Assembly: GCA_002269645.1 (NCBI GenBank)
Contig: NIVC01000001.1
Span: 1,426,001-1,490,000 of the forward strand
Source: Macrostomum lignano
Taxonomy: Eukaryota
DNA length: 64,000 bases
Direction of reading: 5' to 3'
How positions within the stretch are numbered: the stretch's first letter is position 1; each line of letters begins with the position of its first letter. Under the pieces are notes generated by a model, which saw only the letters and a list, made by a program, of their open reading frames with translations, did not search any database and had not been told where the DNA came from. Shown piece by piece: positions 46,276-58,458 of the stretch. A program made the translations under genes and the position numbers.

Positions 46276-47510
46276 AGGCAGAGCGTGTAGGCTTATCTGC
46301 AACGCCACCAGGTCCACGCCTTTTGACGGCATGGGGGCCTGTCTTAATCTACCGCCTCGATCGATCTCTTCTTCGGGGGTGAGGCGGCTAGAACGACGCG
46401 GCGTCTAATTGATGCCGGCGTCAAGTTCATTTACATGAGAGCACCTGCTAAGCGGAACCTTGTCCCGCATAGCGACCTGTGCCTCAACTTTCTCAACGAG
46501 TGTCAGGCCAATCGCGTCTTCACCGATCGCATTGCCTCAACGGTCAACCTGAGACAGCGCTACTCCGTAGATATCGACTCGCGCGATAACATCAATGACC
46601 AATGGAACCCTGGTGAGCTTCATTACTACACCGACGGTTCTAAGCAGTCAGCCAACACCGGCTTTGGTGTTGGAATCTTTCTGAACGGGAGGGTCATCGC
46701 TACCCACGCTCAATACACTGGGGTCAACTCCAGTGTTTTCCAAAATGAAGTTCTGGCCATCAGCTCCTGCACTGCAGAGCTTCTCGCCACTGGCGTTACT
46801 GGTAAGAACATCATTTTCCATTCGGACAGCCAAGCTGCCTTGCACGCCATCAGTGGCTGCAGCACCAACTCTGCTACAGTCCTCGACTGTATCAAACTTC
46901 TCAACGTGTTGGGTTCCGCCAACAAAATTACCCTTAAGTGGGTTCCGGGGCATGTGGGGATCCGAGGAAATGAGCTGGCTGACACCCTTGCAAAAGTTGG
47001 TGCCTCCGGCTCCTCTCTCGGTCCCGAACCCCTTGTCCCGATTCCTGGATGTATCATCGACTCGCGCATCAAAGCGTGGATCAGGACCCAGCACCGCTCG
47101 ACTTGGGCGAACTGCACTACCTGCAGGCAATCCAGAGGCGCTGTCCCTCAGCCCTCTCACCAGCTCCGGAAGTTCCTCTTGGGCCTCTCTCTCGAAGAGA
47201 CATCCGGGCTGCATCATGACCCTTCACGCGGGCCAGACTCACTTACCTCGGGCCACACACATAAATTACTGAAGTGTGCAAACCCGAAAACTTCAATCAG
47301 CTCATGAGCTACCTTCGGGCCACCCGCAGGGCTGAAATCTCCTTTACAGAGAGCACCATAGCTGCTGGCGACACTGGGGGACCTCCTTGGGCGGTGCCAA
47401 CCCTCCGTCCATAGCGACGCGTCGGCCGTTCAGGGATTCGCAGAATGGACATCCGCGCCTTCCCGCTGTGTCCCCTCCGGGACAGCCCTGCAGCTAAGTC
47501 AAGTCAGTCC
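46276..47510 (+). mobile_element. 5'-truncated copy of the same LINE (RNase H region and 3' UTR ending in AAGTC repeats)
   Basis: 46380-47399 is almost identical to 41836-42855 and continues into a 3' UTR that the first copy lacks. Confidence 0.9.
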
Positions 47511-48477
47511 TCCACAGTCCACATCAATTGCTCTCAAACACAAGGCTTGGCCCGCCCGTGCGTCGCGGACAGCGCGACATCGGCTAGCAAAGGCATGGTT
47601 AATAATGAAACAGTTTTCTCTGGCTAATTCAATTGTCTTCGCCGTCAATTTGGAAGGCCTGACCCGAAGTTTGGGAGGAGCGGCATAAAAATGGCCTGAT
47701 TTAATTTTTGGCAGAGCGAATGCGGGATTGGCTGGGCGGATTGATTTGCAAACTGGCAAATTCATCCACTCGCTACACCTGGCTGCCATCACAGAAAATT
47801 ATTTTGAGTCACTGTTAGCCAACTCCGAGTTGATGTGACATCTGACTTGGAGCAGCTGTTGAACAAAAATGGCTGACTGATTTCTGTTTCGTTGCCATCC
47901 ACCTTGTCAACTTTCAATCTGTCACTCTCCACATTGTCACTCTCCACCTTGTCAAGTTCCGTCTCCATCTTTTCACCCTGTCACTTCGAAATCCAACTGA
48001 GAGAATGAGCTGAGCTCGTAATGTAAAAGCTATGAAATAAACAAAAGCAATGGACACTGAAAGCTTTAAGCTAGCTAGATGTCATGTACTGCAGAGCGCA
48101 ACAGCCCAATTAATGGATTTATATTAATAAAATTTATTAATCTCATCAAACGCGGTAGACTAAGAATTTAAAAACAAAAAATTTGGTGCTAAAAAGTTTC
48201 TGCAGGTGCCAGGAAATGGTTGTTTTTTTGCAGAAAAGATTTGATCGGAGCTTAAAGACACTACAGGTATAGCAGCGGAAAAACCAATGGAACATTAAAG
48301 AAAATACAGTTAGTAAAAATCAGGCAGTTCCCAGTGAAACTGGCTAACGCACAAGGATGAAGCAACATCACTGGAAGCAACAGGTGGAGCAGGTGAGAGG
48401 AAAAAGGACAGCTGTTGGTTGGATGCCAGACGCCGCAGGCGCTGGGTTCAGTACGTAATTTACAGTTTACAGTACAT

Positions 48478-48896
48478 CACAGATACTAGAAAAACTAGAT
48501 GGGCCACTCAGCACATTTGCGTGCAAACTACTTTCAGTTCAGTAGTAAGTTAAACTGAAGCATTTTAATTTATTTTTAAAGCCAAGGTTTATCTAATGGC
48601 TCTTACCCCTAGCTTAAACCCTCCAACCCCGCCTTTCCACACCACCCCCCGCCTCATCCCAATTTTATTGCCTTTCTCGGAATTCCAGCCTAAAGCTGCT
48701 ATGTACATTTCAGTGGCCAATGTACATTATTGCTGAACCAATTAGCAAGCTGTTTACGCCTGCAAGCTTGGGCTTCTAAACTTATCAAAGTGATTTCAGC
48801 TGCCTTTAGTTTTATAAAATAGCTTAAGTATTCTTCTATGCTACTGAACTGAAAGTAAAAAGCTGTCTTCTTCATCTAGTTATTTTAGTATCTGTG
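48478..48896. mobile_element. MITE with ~65 bp imperfect TIRs beginning CACAGATACTA
   Basis: Left CACAGATACTAGAAAAACTAGATG...CTTTCAGTTCAGTAG; right CTACTGAACTGAAAG...CATCTAGTTATTTTAGTATCTGTG. No TSD. Confidence 0.7.
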
Positions 48897-49659
48897 CAAC
48901 ACACTAGACACAAGTACAGATGAATGAGATCTTTATGAAGGGGGGGGGGGCTAAATCACAGTTTGTAGGAAATTCTCAACAATAATAAACAATAATAATA
49001 AAAAAAACCAAGTTGATAATAAAAGTACATGTGGATTATAAATTAGAGTTGGAGATTATGACAGACATTGCTTATTAAATGCCAATTAACCAAACCAGTT
49101 CACAGGCTCAACTAATACAATTTTGTTATAATAGGAGGTTTTAAATTTAAATGTAAATATTTTACGTAGTAAGAATTGACACGATCATTAAGGTTATTCT
49201 ATATAAATATATGCATACTACACTACTACTGATAAGTAGCATTAGTAAAAACAAAAATTAGAAATGGTTTCAATTATTCTTTAATAAGATATGTAAAAAG
49301 TGGAGAGAAAACTGTTCGCGATTGAAGTCCCAGTGAGCAGTTCACTTGGTCATGGTTTCTTAGAAAGCCGACGAGATTCAGAGAGCGCGTAGACACCGAC
49401 GGACCATTTTTAATATAATGGAATTCTTGTGTTGCAGGGAATAAATAGTTTAACAGCAGCTAGCTGGGTTAAAATTATTGGGGAATTCAGGCTAGTTAGA
49501 TAGGCAACTGATATCCGCTGGATGGGCATCTTCGTAACTATATTGGTAAATAGCTTTAAATCGATAGGGAATTGTTCAGAATTAGATGGTGAATTATTTT
49601 GAACGAGAAGGGAAATCATTTTAAACTAGAGGGGAAGTATTTGCAACTGGAAAGGAAAT

Positions 49660-49925
49660 TACTCTAAACTAGATGGGGGAATTATTTGGAATTGGATGGG
49701 GAATTATTTAAAAGTGGATGGGGAACTATTCAGAATTAGATGGGGAATTATTTAAAAGTGGATGGGGAACTATTCAGAATTAGATGGGGAATTATTTAAA
49801 AATGGATGGGGAACTATTCAGAATTAGATAGGGAATTATTTAAAAATGGATGGGGAACTATTCAGAATTAGATGGGGAATTATTTAAAAATGGATGGGGA
49901 ACTATTCAGAATTAGATGGGGAATT
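49660..49925. repeat. ~47 bp minisatellite GAATTAGATGGGGAATTATTTAAAA(A/G)TGGATGGGGAACTATTCA
   Basis: About five copies just 3' of the gene A stop. Confidence 0.85.
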
Positions 49926-50040
49926 ATGGCCAGATTAATCAGCTAGATATCAGCAATAGCCAATTGGACACGACCTTAAAAATTTGATAAGGCCGAAGTT
50001 AGAATGAGGCTGGGGTCATATGGGGGGTCAAAAAGGGAGG

Positions 50041-50698
50041 TCACTTCTGGTTCGGCTGAGCGTACAGGTCGGCCACAGGCCGGAAGTCCGGCCCCCAGCG
50101 GTGCAGCTCGCCGTAGTCCTGGCTGCGGTCGCTGTCGCCGCTGCACACTGAGCTGAGGTCGCCAGCCTCGCTGCCCTGGCCTTCGTAGCCGTAGTCCAGG
50201 GTGTACTCCAGCGCATCCGCCGGACCGTCGGGCGCATCGTCACCAGCCGCCGGCGGAGCCCGCGACAGCGGCTGGACAAACTGAACAGGCGGCGGCGGCG
50301 GCGACTCCGGCGCCCGTTTGAAAGTCGGGACGCCGTTCGGCACGCGCAGCAGCTGCAGATCGAAGTTCCTCGTGTCCTCCTCGCCGGCGCCGTCCTCGTC
50401 GTAGGCGACGACGTTCTCCCTGGTGTCCTTGTCCGGCTCCAGCAGCGGCTCGCCCATATGGCGCCGGCGGCACCACCAGACCAGCAGGGCCAGCAGGATG
50501 ACCAGCACCAGGATGCCCAGCACCACGGCGACGATGATGCCGGCTCCGGCGACGGCGAACACCGGGACATTGCGGACCTCGCAGCGGGAGCCCGAGAAGC
50601 CGGTGAGGCAGCGGCAGGTGAGGGCCAGGCCGCCACCGGGTATGCAGTAGCCGCCGTTTTGGCACGGGTTCAAAGGGAAGCACGGGCTGGCGTAGCAC
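50041..50698 (-). CDS. Gene A last exon: EGF, TM, classical cadherin cytoplasmic domain
   Basis: CQNGGYC...CLTGFSGSRC; GIIVAVVLGILVLVILLALLVWW; DTRENVVAYDEDGAGEED (p120 site); DYGYEGQGSEAGDLSS...WGPDFRPVADLY (beta-catenin site). Confidence 0.95.
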
Positions 50699-50704
50699 CT
50701 GGGG

Positions 50705-51110
50705 AAATGGTGATGGGGTTGTGGGATCTGGTGATGTGATCTTGGTGATGGGATCTGGGTGATGGGATCTTGGTGATGGGATCTGGTGAAGGGATCTGGT
50801 GATGGGATCTGGTGATGGGATCTGGGTGATGGGATCTGGTGATGGGATCTGGTGAAGGGATCTGGTGATGGGATCTGGGTGATGGGATCTGGTGATGGGA
50901 TCTGGTGATGGGATCTGGTGATGGGATCTGGGTGATGGGTTGTGGGATCAGGTGATTGGATCTGGGTGATTGGATCTGGGTGATGGGATCTGGTGATGGG
51001 ATCTAGATAATGGGATCTGAATGATGTGACCTGATGATGGAATGGGATGATGGGATCTGGGTGATAGGATCTGGACGATGAGATTTGGATGACGGGATCT
51101 CGATCATAAA
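50705..51110. repeat. 13-14 bp minisatellite GATGGGATCTGG(G)T
   Basis: Read directly. Confidence 0.9.
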
Positions 51111-51184
51111 ACCATGGGATCTCGTTTTGCTAGTTCGTCTCCATATGCTAGTAACCATGGAAACGGAGGCCAATATAGACTCAC

Positions 51185-51465
51185 CGGTCGCCTCGCATGG
51201 TCCAGTCGGGCAGGCAGCCGCACACGGTGCTGCCGCTGGGCTGCAGGGTGCCCAGGCACACCTGGTTCTGCGGGCAGGTGGCGCCAGCCGGGCAGGCACC
51301 AACGCTGGGGTCGCGGCACTGGCTGACCAGGGACACGGCGGAGCTGCGGAACAGCGCGGCCGCCGAGCTGCTGACGGCCGAGTCCGCCGGCAGGAGGGCG
51401 GAGTTAACGAGCGGTCCGGCCAGGCAGGAAGACTGCAGATCGTCCTGCGGCGGCTGCACCGTCAC
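51185..51465 (-). CDS. Gene A exon: end of LamG2 and EGF (alternative in-frame acceptor at 51444 possible)
   Basis: SSCLAGPLVN...CPAGATCPQNQVC...CGCLPDW. Donor CG|GTGAGT. Confidence 0.8.
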
Positions 51466-51554
51466 CTGGAAGGACGGGGAGGGCGGGTCATTCGTATTGG
51501 TCATTTTGAGGGTATGACCTACGAGTCATCTGGCGCATCGTTAGAACGTCGGGA

Positions 51555-51840
51555 GTGAATGAGTCATACAACTGAATGAGTCAAAGAACTGAGTAATGAG
51601 TCATGGGAGTGAATGACTCAAAGAACTAAGCGAGTCATTGAAGCTACTGAGTCATACAACTGAGTGATTCATAGGAGTGAATGACTCATACAACTGACTG
51701 AGTCATAGTAGTGAATATGTCATACAACTGAGTGAGTCATAGGAGCGAATGACTCATACAACTGAGTGAATCATGGGAGTGAATGAGTCGTACAACTGAG
51801 TGAGTCATAGGAGTTAATGACTCACAGCTGAGTGAGTGAA
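51555..51840. repeat. Degenerate minisatellite rich in TGA(G/C)TCA
   Basis: At least 10 TGAGTCA/TGACTCA heptamers. Confidence 0.85.
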
Positions 51841-51884
51841 TGAGCTCTGAGCACAAATCCACAATAACAAAGCAAAAAGCTCAC

Positions 51885-52270
51885 AGATCCAGTCGTATCC
51901 ACCGTAACAGACGCGCCGCCGATGACGCCCTGGCCCAGCTGGATATAATTATAATTATAGACAAAGCTGCCCCACAATGTCGCATAGTTGATGCCTTCGC
52001 CAGAGTCCAGCATCACCTCCATCATGAGCTGGAGACTGCGGCAGACTCGAACTGTGTGCAGACCGCCGTCGGACACGTTCGAGTTGGGCAGGACGGCCTC
52101 ACGCAGCACGTAGTCGCCGGTGTTCAGCTGGGCCACCAGGCGGCTGTCCCGCAGGCGGAGCGTCAGCTCTGCAGGTCTGTAGGGGTCGGCGCCCTGAGCT
52201 TTGAGCAGCACCCCGCTGGGCTGCCGGCTGCGGAACTGCACCGAAAGACAGGTGGACTGCTTTGGGGCGC
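51885..52270 (-). CDS. Gene A exon: LamG domain 2
   Basis: LSVQFRSRQPSGVLL...VSDGGLHTV...IQLG. 386 nt, phase 1/0. Confidence 0.9.
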
Positions 52271-52304
52271 CTGCGGTGTTGGGGAGACGCGTAGTTTAGT
52301 ATAG

Positions 52305-52325
52305 CTGTCTGTCTGTCTGCCTGCC

Positions 52326-52360
<35 letters not shown>

Positions 52361-52361
52361 T

Positions 52362-52408
<47 letters not shown>

Positions 52409-52437
52409 TTGTTTGTCTGTCTGTCTGTCTGTCTTTT

Positions 52438-52468
<31 letters not shown>
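52305..52468. repeat. (TGTC)n microsatellite
   Basis: Read directly. Confidence 0.95.
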
Positions 52469-52579
52469 GATATCTTAATCAGAGAATCACTTGATTACAC
52501 AATACATTTATCATTTATCATATCGTATTTACTCCCAGCATGCCTACTAACAGTAGACAGGTAGGCATTTTGTACTCAC

Positions 52580-52949
52580 TCGATACAAAAGAACTCTGCA
52601 GCCTCCACCAGGCGTAGCTGTTGGCGCCCAGCTGCAAGGTTGGCGCCGGCACATCGCAGGCGCCGCTGGTGCTGTTGCGAACCCAGCCAGACTTGCAGTC
52701 GCATTGGTGGGGTGCCGAAGCCCCGATGGCGCCCCAGCAGAATCCGTTCGGACCGCAGCGGGAAGCGGAGCATGATGCTTCGACCAGAGCCGAGAGCCAG
52801 ACAGCGCCAGAGTGCGTGGATCGATTGTCAGCAACCAGATCGATCAGCTGGTTGCCAACCCGCAGCTGGGCCAGCTGGGCTACCACGCCTTGCCTCGGCA
52901 AGCCGGTGGGGTACTGACTGCTCGAGTCCGCTTGGTAGCGACCACCGAT
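52580..52949 (-). CDS. Gene A exon: end of LamG1 and EGF
   Basis: IGGRY...QLRVGNQLIDL...CSASRCGPNGFC...CDCKSGW. 370 nt, phase 0/1. Confidence 0.85.
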
Positions 52950-53044
52950 CTAAATATTGTTCAATCGGCTGCGAGAAATCAAAAACACAGAAGGGAAAGA
53001 AGAAGCTCGTACGGATAGTTTGTGACTTGTGAGTCAGACAATAA

Positions 53045-53285
53045 CAGCTAAGCATGGGGTAGAGAGGAAAAACTGACTTAGCGAAGCAAGTCGGAATGAG
53101 GAGGGGCTGTGAGCCAACCAATGAGCGCTAAGCGTGGGATAGAGAGGAAAAACTGACTTAGCGAAGCAAATTGGAGTGAGGAGGGGCTACGAGCCAACCA
53201 ATGAGCGCTAAGCTAAGATAGAGAGGAAATTGAGGTTGTGAAGCAAGTCGGAGTGAGGAGGGGCTGTGAGCCCGCCAATAAGAGA
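53045..53285. repeat. ~80 bp tandem repeat, about 3 copies
   Basis: GAGAGGAAAAACTGACTTAGCGAAGCAA...GAGGAGGGGCT..GAGCCAACCAATGAGCGCTAAG. Confidence 0.85.
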
Positions 53286-53314
53286 AAAGCACTGGCTGAC
53301 AACCGAACACAAAC

Positions 53315-53803
53315 CTGCACGGGCCAGTCGCCAGTGTCGAGTCCCAGGCCGGCCGGGGTGGCCTCAGCTAGGCAGTTGTTAGTCAGCGATGGCGCGGTGC
53401 CGCCGTTGGTGCGGGCGGCGTGGTCAACCCCGGAGCCGGTGCACTGATCCAGCACCAGAGCGACCCGGGAGGAGCCGGAGGACTCTGTTGAACCGGTAGT
53501 GGGGGTCACGGTGAGGTCAACCCGATGCCAGCGCGAGTCGTCCAGCCTTGGGCCACCGGAGATGGCCAAATCGACGGGCCCGGAGCCGAGGTCGATGCGA
53601 GCTCGCAGCTTGCCGGTGACCAGGTGTACGCTGAGGAAGTCGGGCTGGCTGGGCGCAGGGCTGGCTGGCTGCCCGTACGGCCCGGTGTACAGCAGGATGC
53701 CGTCCGCACTGCTGGTCAGGAAGCTGAAGCTCAGGTTTAATGAGCGGCAGCTGGTGTCGAGCGGGTCGGTCATTAGGTAGCCTGTGGCGGCGTTGAATCC
53801 AAC
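53315..53803 (-). CDS. Gene A exon: LamG domain 1
   Basis: VGFNAATGY...LSFSFLTSSADGILLYTGP...LDDSRWHRV. 489 nt, phase 0/0. Confidence 0.9.
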
Positions 53804-53877
53804 CTGGAAACAGTTTTGAATAGGTGGGAATTGAATCGAATTGAATAGGTGGGATAATGATGGAGCTTGTTTAGATC

Positions 53878-54066
<189 letters not shown>

Positions 54067-54090
54067 GTATATAAACAGACCAGCTCTCAC

Positions 54091-54445
54091 CTGCAGCCGC
54101 TGACAGTTCGGTCCGTCGAAGCCCGGCCGGCACTGACACGTGTAGCTCTCAGTGAACGCCTGCGGCACGCAGGTGCCATTATTCCGGCAGGCGCCTGGCG
54201 CGCACTGGACCGGCGCCGAGGCCGACGACGACGCCGACGGATCGGAGCTGCAGGCACCGCAGACGGCCGCCTTGGACAGGCTGACGCCAACCAGGCCGCT
54301 GCTGTTGGTGCGGATGGCTGGCGGCGGCCAAGTGGACCCGTTCACCGACAGGCGGTGGCTGCAGCCGCCTGGGCAGCCGAACAACCTGCGGCAGGGGCTG
54401 TAGGGCGCCTCAACCACGCTGGCACCCATGGGCGACAGAGTTGAT
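54091..54445 (-). CDS. Gene A exon: NC-domain end and EGF
   Basis: PYSPC...CPGGC...CAPGACRNNGTC...CQCRPGFDGPNC. 355 nt, phase 2/0. Confidence 0.9.
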
Positions 54446-54551
54446 CTGAAAAATGGCGGCAACTGTGTTGAGTGATTCTGCAGGCGCCATAGAGCACAGA
54501 TTATATATTACCTAGATGGGCCACTCTAGCCGCCTGAAAGAAGCTCGAAAA

Positions 54552-54870
54552 CCCCGGGGTTTTGACCATAGACTGTAGCCTTCTGCCACTCTCAAGCTTT
54601 AGCAGCAGCTATAATGTCTGTGGCCATAACCCCGGGGTTTAGACCATAGACTGTAGCCTTCTGCCACTCTCAAGCTTTAGCAACAGCTATAGTGTCTGTG
54701 GCCATAACCCCGGGGTTTAGATCATAGACTGTAGCCTTCTGCCACTCTCAAGCTTTAGCAGCAGCTATAATGTCTGTGGCCATAACCCCGGGGTTTAGAT
54801 CATAGACTGTAGCCTTCTGCCACTCTCAAGCTTTAGCAACAGCTATAGTGTCTGTGGCCATAACCCCGGA
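54552..54870. repeat. ~76 bp tandem repeat, about 4 copies
   Basis: CCCCGGGGTTTAGACCATAGACTGTAGCCTTCTGCCACTCTCAAGCTTTAGCAGCAGCTATAATGTCTGTGGCCATAA. Confidence 0.9.
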
Positions 54871-54944
54871 TTTTGGGGCCTTGGAGACGGCCGGTTCTGA
54901 CCATAGACAGCTGGTTGCATCATCAGCTACTGATAATTGCTCAC

Positions 54945-55444
54945 CTCAGTCGGGGCAGGGCGGCCCGCATGGCGAAGTCCATTTTAGCCCGGGTGTAGAA
55001 CGGCGACCCGGAGGCTACAAAGAAGGCCAAGGCGGCTTTGCGGCCGGGCAGCCAGGTGGCATCGGACACGCTGACCGGCAGGACCTTGTCCGGCAGGGTG
55101 CCCAGCTGGGCGGCCAGCGCCAGTCGGACTGGCTGCACGGCCTGTTCAACAAAATCTGCTCCGTTTAAACCGTCTACAAGCATCGAAGTGGACGCGTCGA
55201 GAGCCTCCTGCGGCACGGAGTAGACGCGCACGAGTTCAGTGGCGGTGGCCGAGCCCGATGCCTCGGTGACCGCCACCGTCAGGGTGTAGTTCGCCGGCCC
55301 GGTGCCCGACTTTAACGAGATTCGTTTCGACGTGTCGGTCAGGGTGAAAAATTGGTTAAGCGTGTCGGCGTTGTCCCAGCTGTAGGAGCGCCGATCCCAG
55401 GTGACGCCATTGTTGGACTCGATGCGGGGCGGGCCGAGGTCCAG
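54945..55444 (-). CDS. Gene A exon: last cadherin repeat and NC domain
   Basis: WDRRSYSW...YTLTVAVTE...VRVYSVPQEALDASTSMLVDG...FFVASGSPFY. 500 nt, phase 0/2. Confidence 0.85.
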
Positions 55445-55529
55445 CTGATGGGGGGATGCGGAATGAGAGTGGAGAGTAAGGTAACGAGATTCAGTGACAG
55501 GTTTTATAATTGTCACTGAAGTCTATGGC

Positions 55530-56530
55530 AGTGACTGCTAATAGATCTGTCACTGACTGCGATAGATCTGTCACTGACTAACAATATATCTGTCACTGAC
55601 TACTAATAGATCTGTCACTGACTACTAATAGATCTGTCACTGACTACCGATAGATCTGTCACTGACTACTAATAGATCTGTCACTGACTAACAATAGATC
55701 TGTCACTGACTACTAATAGATCTGTCACTGACTACTAATAGATTTGTCACTGACTACCGATAGATCTGTCACTGACTAACAATATATCTGTCACTGACTA
55801 CTAATAGATCTGTCACTGACTACCAATAGATCTGTCACTGACTAACAATATATCTGTCACTGACTACTAATAGATCTGTCACTGACTACCAATAGATCTG
55901 TCACTGACTACTAATAGATCTGTCACTGACTACTAATAGATCTGTCACTGACTACTAATACATCTGTCACTGACTACTAATAGATCTGTCACTGACTACT
56001 AATAGATCTGTCACTGACTACCGATAGATCTGTCACTGACTACTAATAGATCTGTCACTGACTACCGATAGAGCTGTCACTAACTACTAATAGATCTGTC
56101 ACTGACTACCGATAGATCTGTCACTGACTACTAATAGATCTGTCACCGGCTACCAATAGATCTGTCACTGACTACTAATAGATCTGTCACTGACTACTAA
56201 TAGATCTGTCACTGACTACTAATAGATCTGTCACTGACTACCGATAGATCTGTCACTGACTACTAATAGATCTGTCACCGGCTACCAATAGATCTGTCAC
56301 TGACTACTAATAGATCTGTCACTGACTACTAATAGATCTGTCACTGACTACTAATAGATCTGTCACTGACTACTAATAGATCTGTCACTGGCTACTAATA
56401 GATCTGTCACCGGCTACCAATAGATCTGTCACTGAATACCAATAGATCTGTCACTGACTACTAATAGATCTGTCACCGGCTACCAATAGATCTGTCACTG
56501 AATACCAATAGATCTGTCACTGACTACCAG
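55530..56530. repeat. ~23-24 bp minisatellite AATAGATCTGTCACTGACTACT, about 1 kb
   Basis: Read directly. Confidence 0.95.
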
Positions 56531-56688
56531 TAGAACTGAGTTACTACCAATAGAACACTGTCACTAAGTCTCTTGTCAATTATAAGATTCAGTGACCAAG
56601 ACTCAGTGACAGAAAGCTGATGAAAGAAAGCCAGTGCTATGCATATTCAGTGACGGAAAGCTCAGTGACAAGCGCAGAGAGAGCTCAC

Positions 56689-56875
56689 CGGTAGGCCAGC
56701 CTTGTACTGGGTGGCATTGTAGAACAGCACCACATCGGTAGTGGACGATAGAGAGGTCGGGCCAGCGGCGGGCACCACGGTGACAGTGACTGTGGCCGTG
56801 ACCACCGGGCCTCCGGTCGGGTCAGTGATGCTGATGGGCAGCAAGTAGGGGCTGGAGTCCCGGCTGAGTGACGCT
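56689..56875 (-). CDS. Gene A exon, cadherin repeat
   Basis: ASLSRDSSPYLLPISITDPTGGP...YKAGLP. 187 nt, phase 2/0. Confidence 0.85.
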
Positions 56876-57019
56876 CTATGTGGTGGTTATTCGATAAAAA
56901 GCCAACAGTTTTAATAACCTATCAGGATAGTCTACAAGCCACTGGACTTCATATTGTATGAATACGCTAGGCTAAACACAAGCTATTAGCTCAAATTTTT
57001 AACTTTCCTACAGAAGTAT

Positions 57020-57350
57020 TCCCTTACTCCCCTTTCTTCACCTCTCCCCTTTTTCTCTCCCCTATTTCTTCTCCCTTCTCCCCTATTTTCCTTCTCTTCC
57101 CCTCTCCCTTCTCTTCTCTTCCTCCCTTACTTCTCTTCCTTTTCTTGCTCTCTTCCTTCTCTTCCTCTCTTCTTTTGCTTCCTCTCTTCCTTTTCCTCCT
57201 CTTTCTCTCTTCCTTCTCTTCCTTCTCGTCTTTTCCTCTCTTCCTTCTCGTCTTTTCCTCTCTTCCTTCTCTTCTCTTCCTCTCTTGCTTCTTTTTCTCT
57301 CTTCTCTCCCTCTTCTTCCTCTACCTCCCCTCTCTCTCCCTTTTTCCCGC
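57020..57350. repeat. CT-rich low-complexity tract
   Basis: Read directly. Confidence 0.9.
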
Positions 57351-57356
57351 ACTCAC

Positions 57357-57754
57357 TTGGTAGACAAGCTGAAGAAAGTCCGCCCAGCGGACACACCCCG
57401 TCTGAGATCGAACCTGGCCCAGGACTCTGCAGCGCCGACAGGCTGGTAGGTGAAAGCGGAGTTGGCCGCATTCTTATCCGGGTCGGTGGCGAACATCTGG
57501 CTGGGCAGCAGCACAGTGCCTGAGGGCGCCGAGTCCAGCACAGTGAGCGAGTAGGGCTCCACAAGCCTGGGCGGAGAGTCGTTCACATCCCGGATCGTCA
57601 GGCTGATGGTGGCCGTGCCGGTCCTGCCGCGACCGTCCAGCGCCAGTATGGAGTAGGCGTGCACAGCATCGTCCGAGTTGGCCGGGTTCCAGATCTCCCG
57701 GTCCAGGGGATTCCAAATTAACAGTCTAGCTGAGCTGGCGGACAGCTTCACAAT
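57357..57754 (-). CDS. Gene A exon: uninterrupted version of the exon split in gene B
   Basis: IVKLSA...TIRDVND-SPPRLVEP...FSLSTK. 398 nt, phase 0/2. Confidence 0.95.
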
Positions 57755-57792
57755 CTTAGGAGATGGGGAAACGATGGGGAGATGAGAAGACG

Positions 57793-57812
57793 ACTAACTA
57801 ACTAATTAACTG

Positions 57813-57887
<75 letters not shown>

Positions 57888-57912
57888 GACTAACTAATTA
57901 ACTAACTAACTG

Positions 57913-57979
<67 letters not shown>

Positions 57980-58046
57980 GCCTGACTAACTAAATAACTA
58001 ACTAACTAACTAACTGACTGACTGACTAACTGCCTGACTAACTAAA

Positions 58047-58095
<49 letters not shown>

Positions 58096-58205
58096 GACTG
58101 ACTGACTAACTGCCTGACTAACTAAATAACTAACTAACTATCTAACTAACTAACTGACTGACTAACTGCCTGACTAACTAAATAACTAACTAACTAACTA
58201 ACTGA
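57793..58205. repeat. (CTAA)n microsatellite
   Basis: Read directly. Confidence 0.95.
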
Positions 58206-58458
58206 ATAACAAAGAAGCAAACAGGCCATGATACAAATTCGAAATTCGAACTCGGGAGCTGTGACTCAATGGCTGACTACTCCCACCAGCTCTTTCTCTC
58301 AAGTTAGTTACTAAATCAAACACCTGGAGTCTGTGCCCATAACAAGCAGAATGACATGTATATAGGCCAATTACGATTATGCAAAGTTCCGAACCCGGGA
58401 CTAACTATAGCAACTCTCTGTCACTCTATCAACAACTTGGGAGACTGAACCCGCGCAC

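Noticed and set aside
47499-48000. Acidic minus-strand ORF fragments between the genes
   Set aside because: Short, interrupted by a stop, no identifiable domain.
54552-56530. CRISPR-like regularly repeated arrays
   Set aside because: Head-to-tail repeats with no unique spacers and no cas genes, inside eukaryotic introns.
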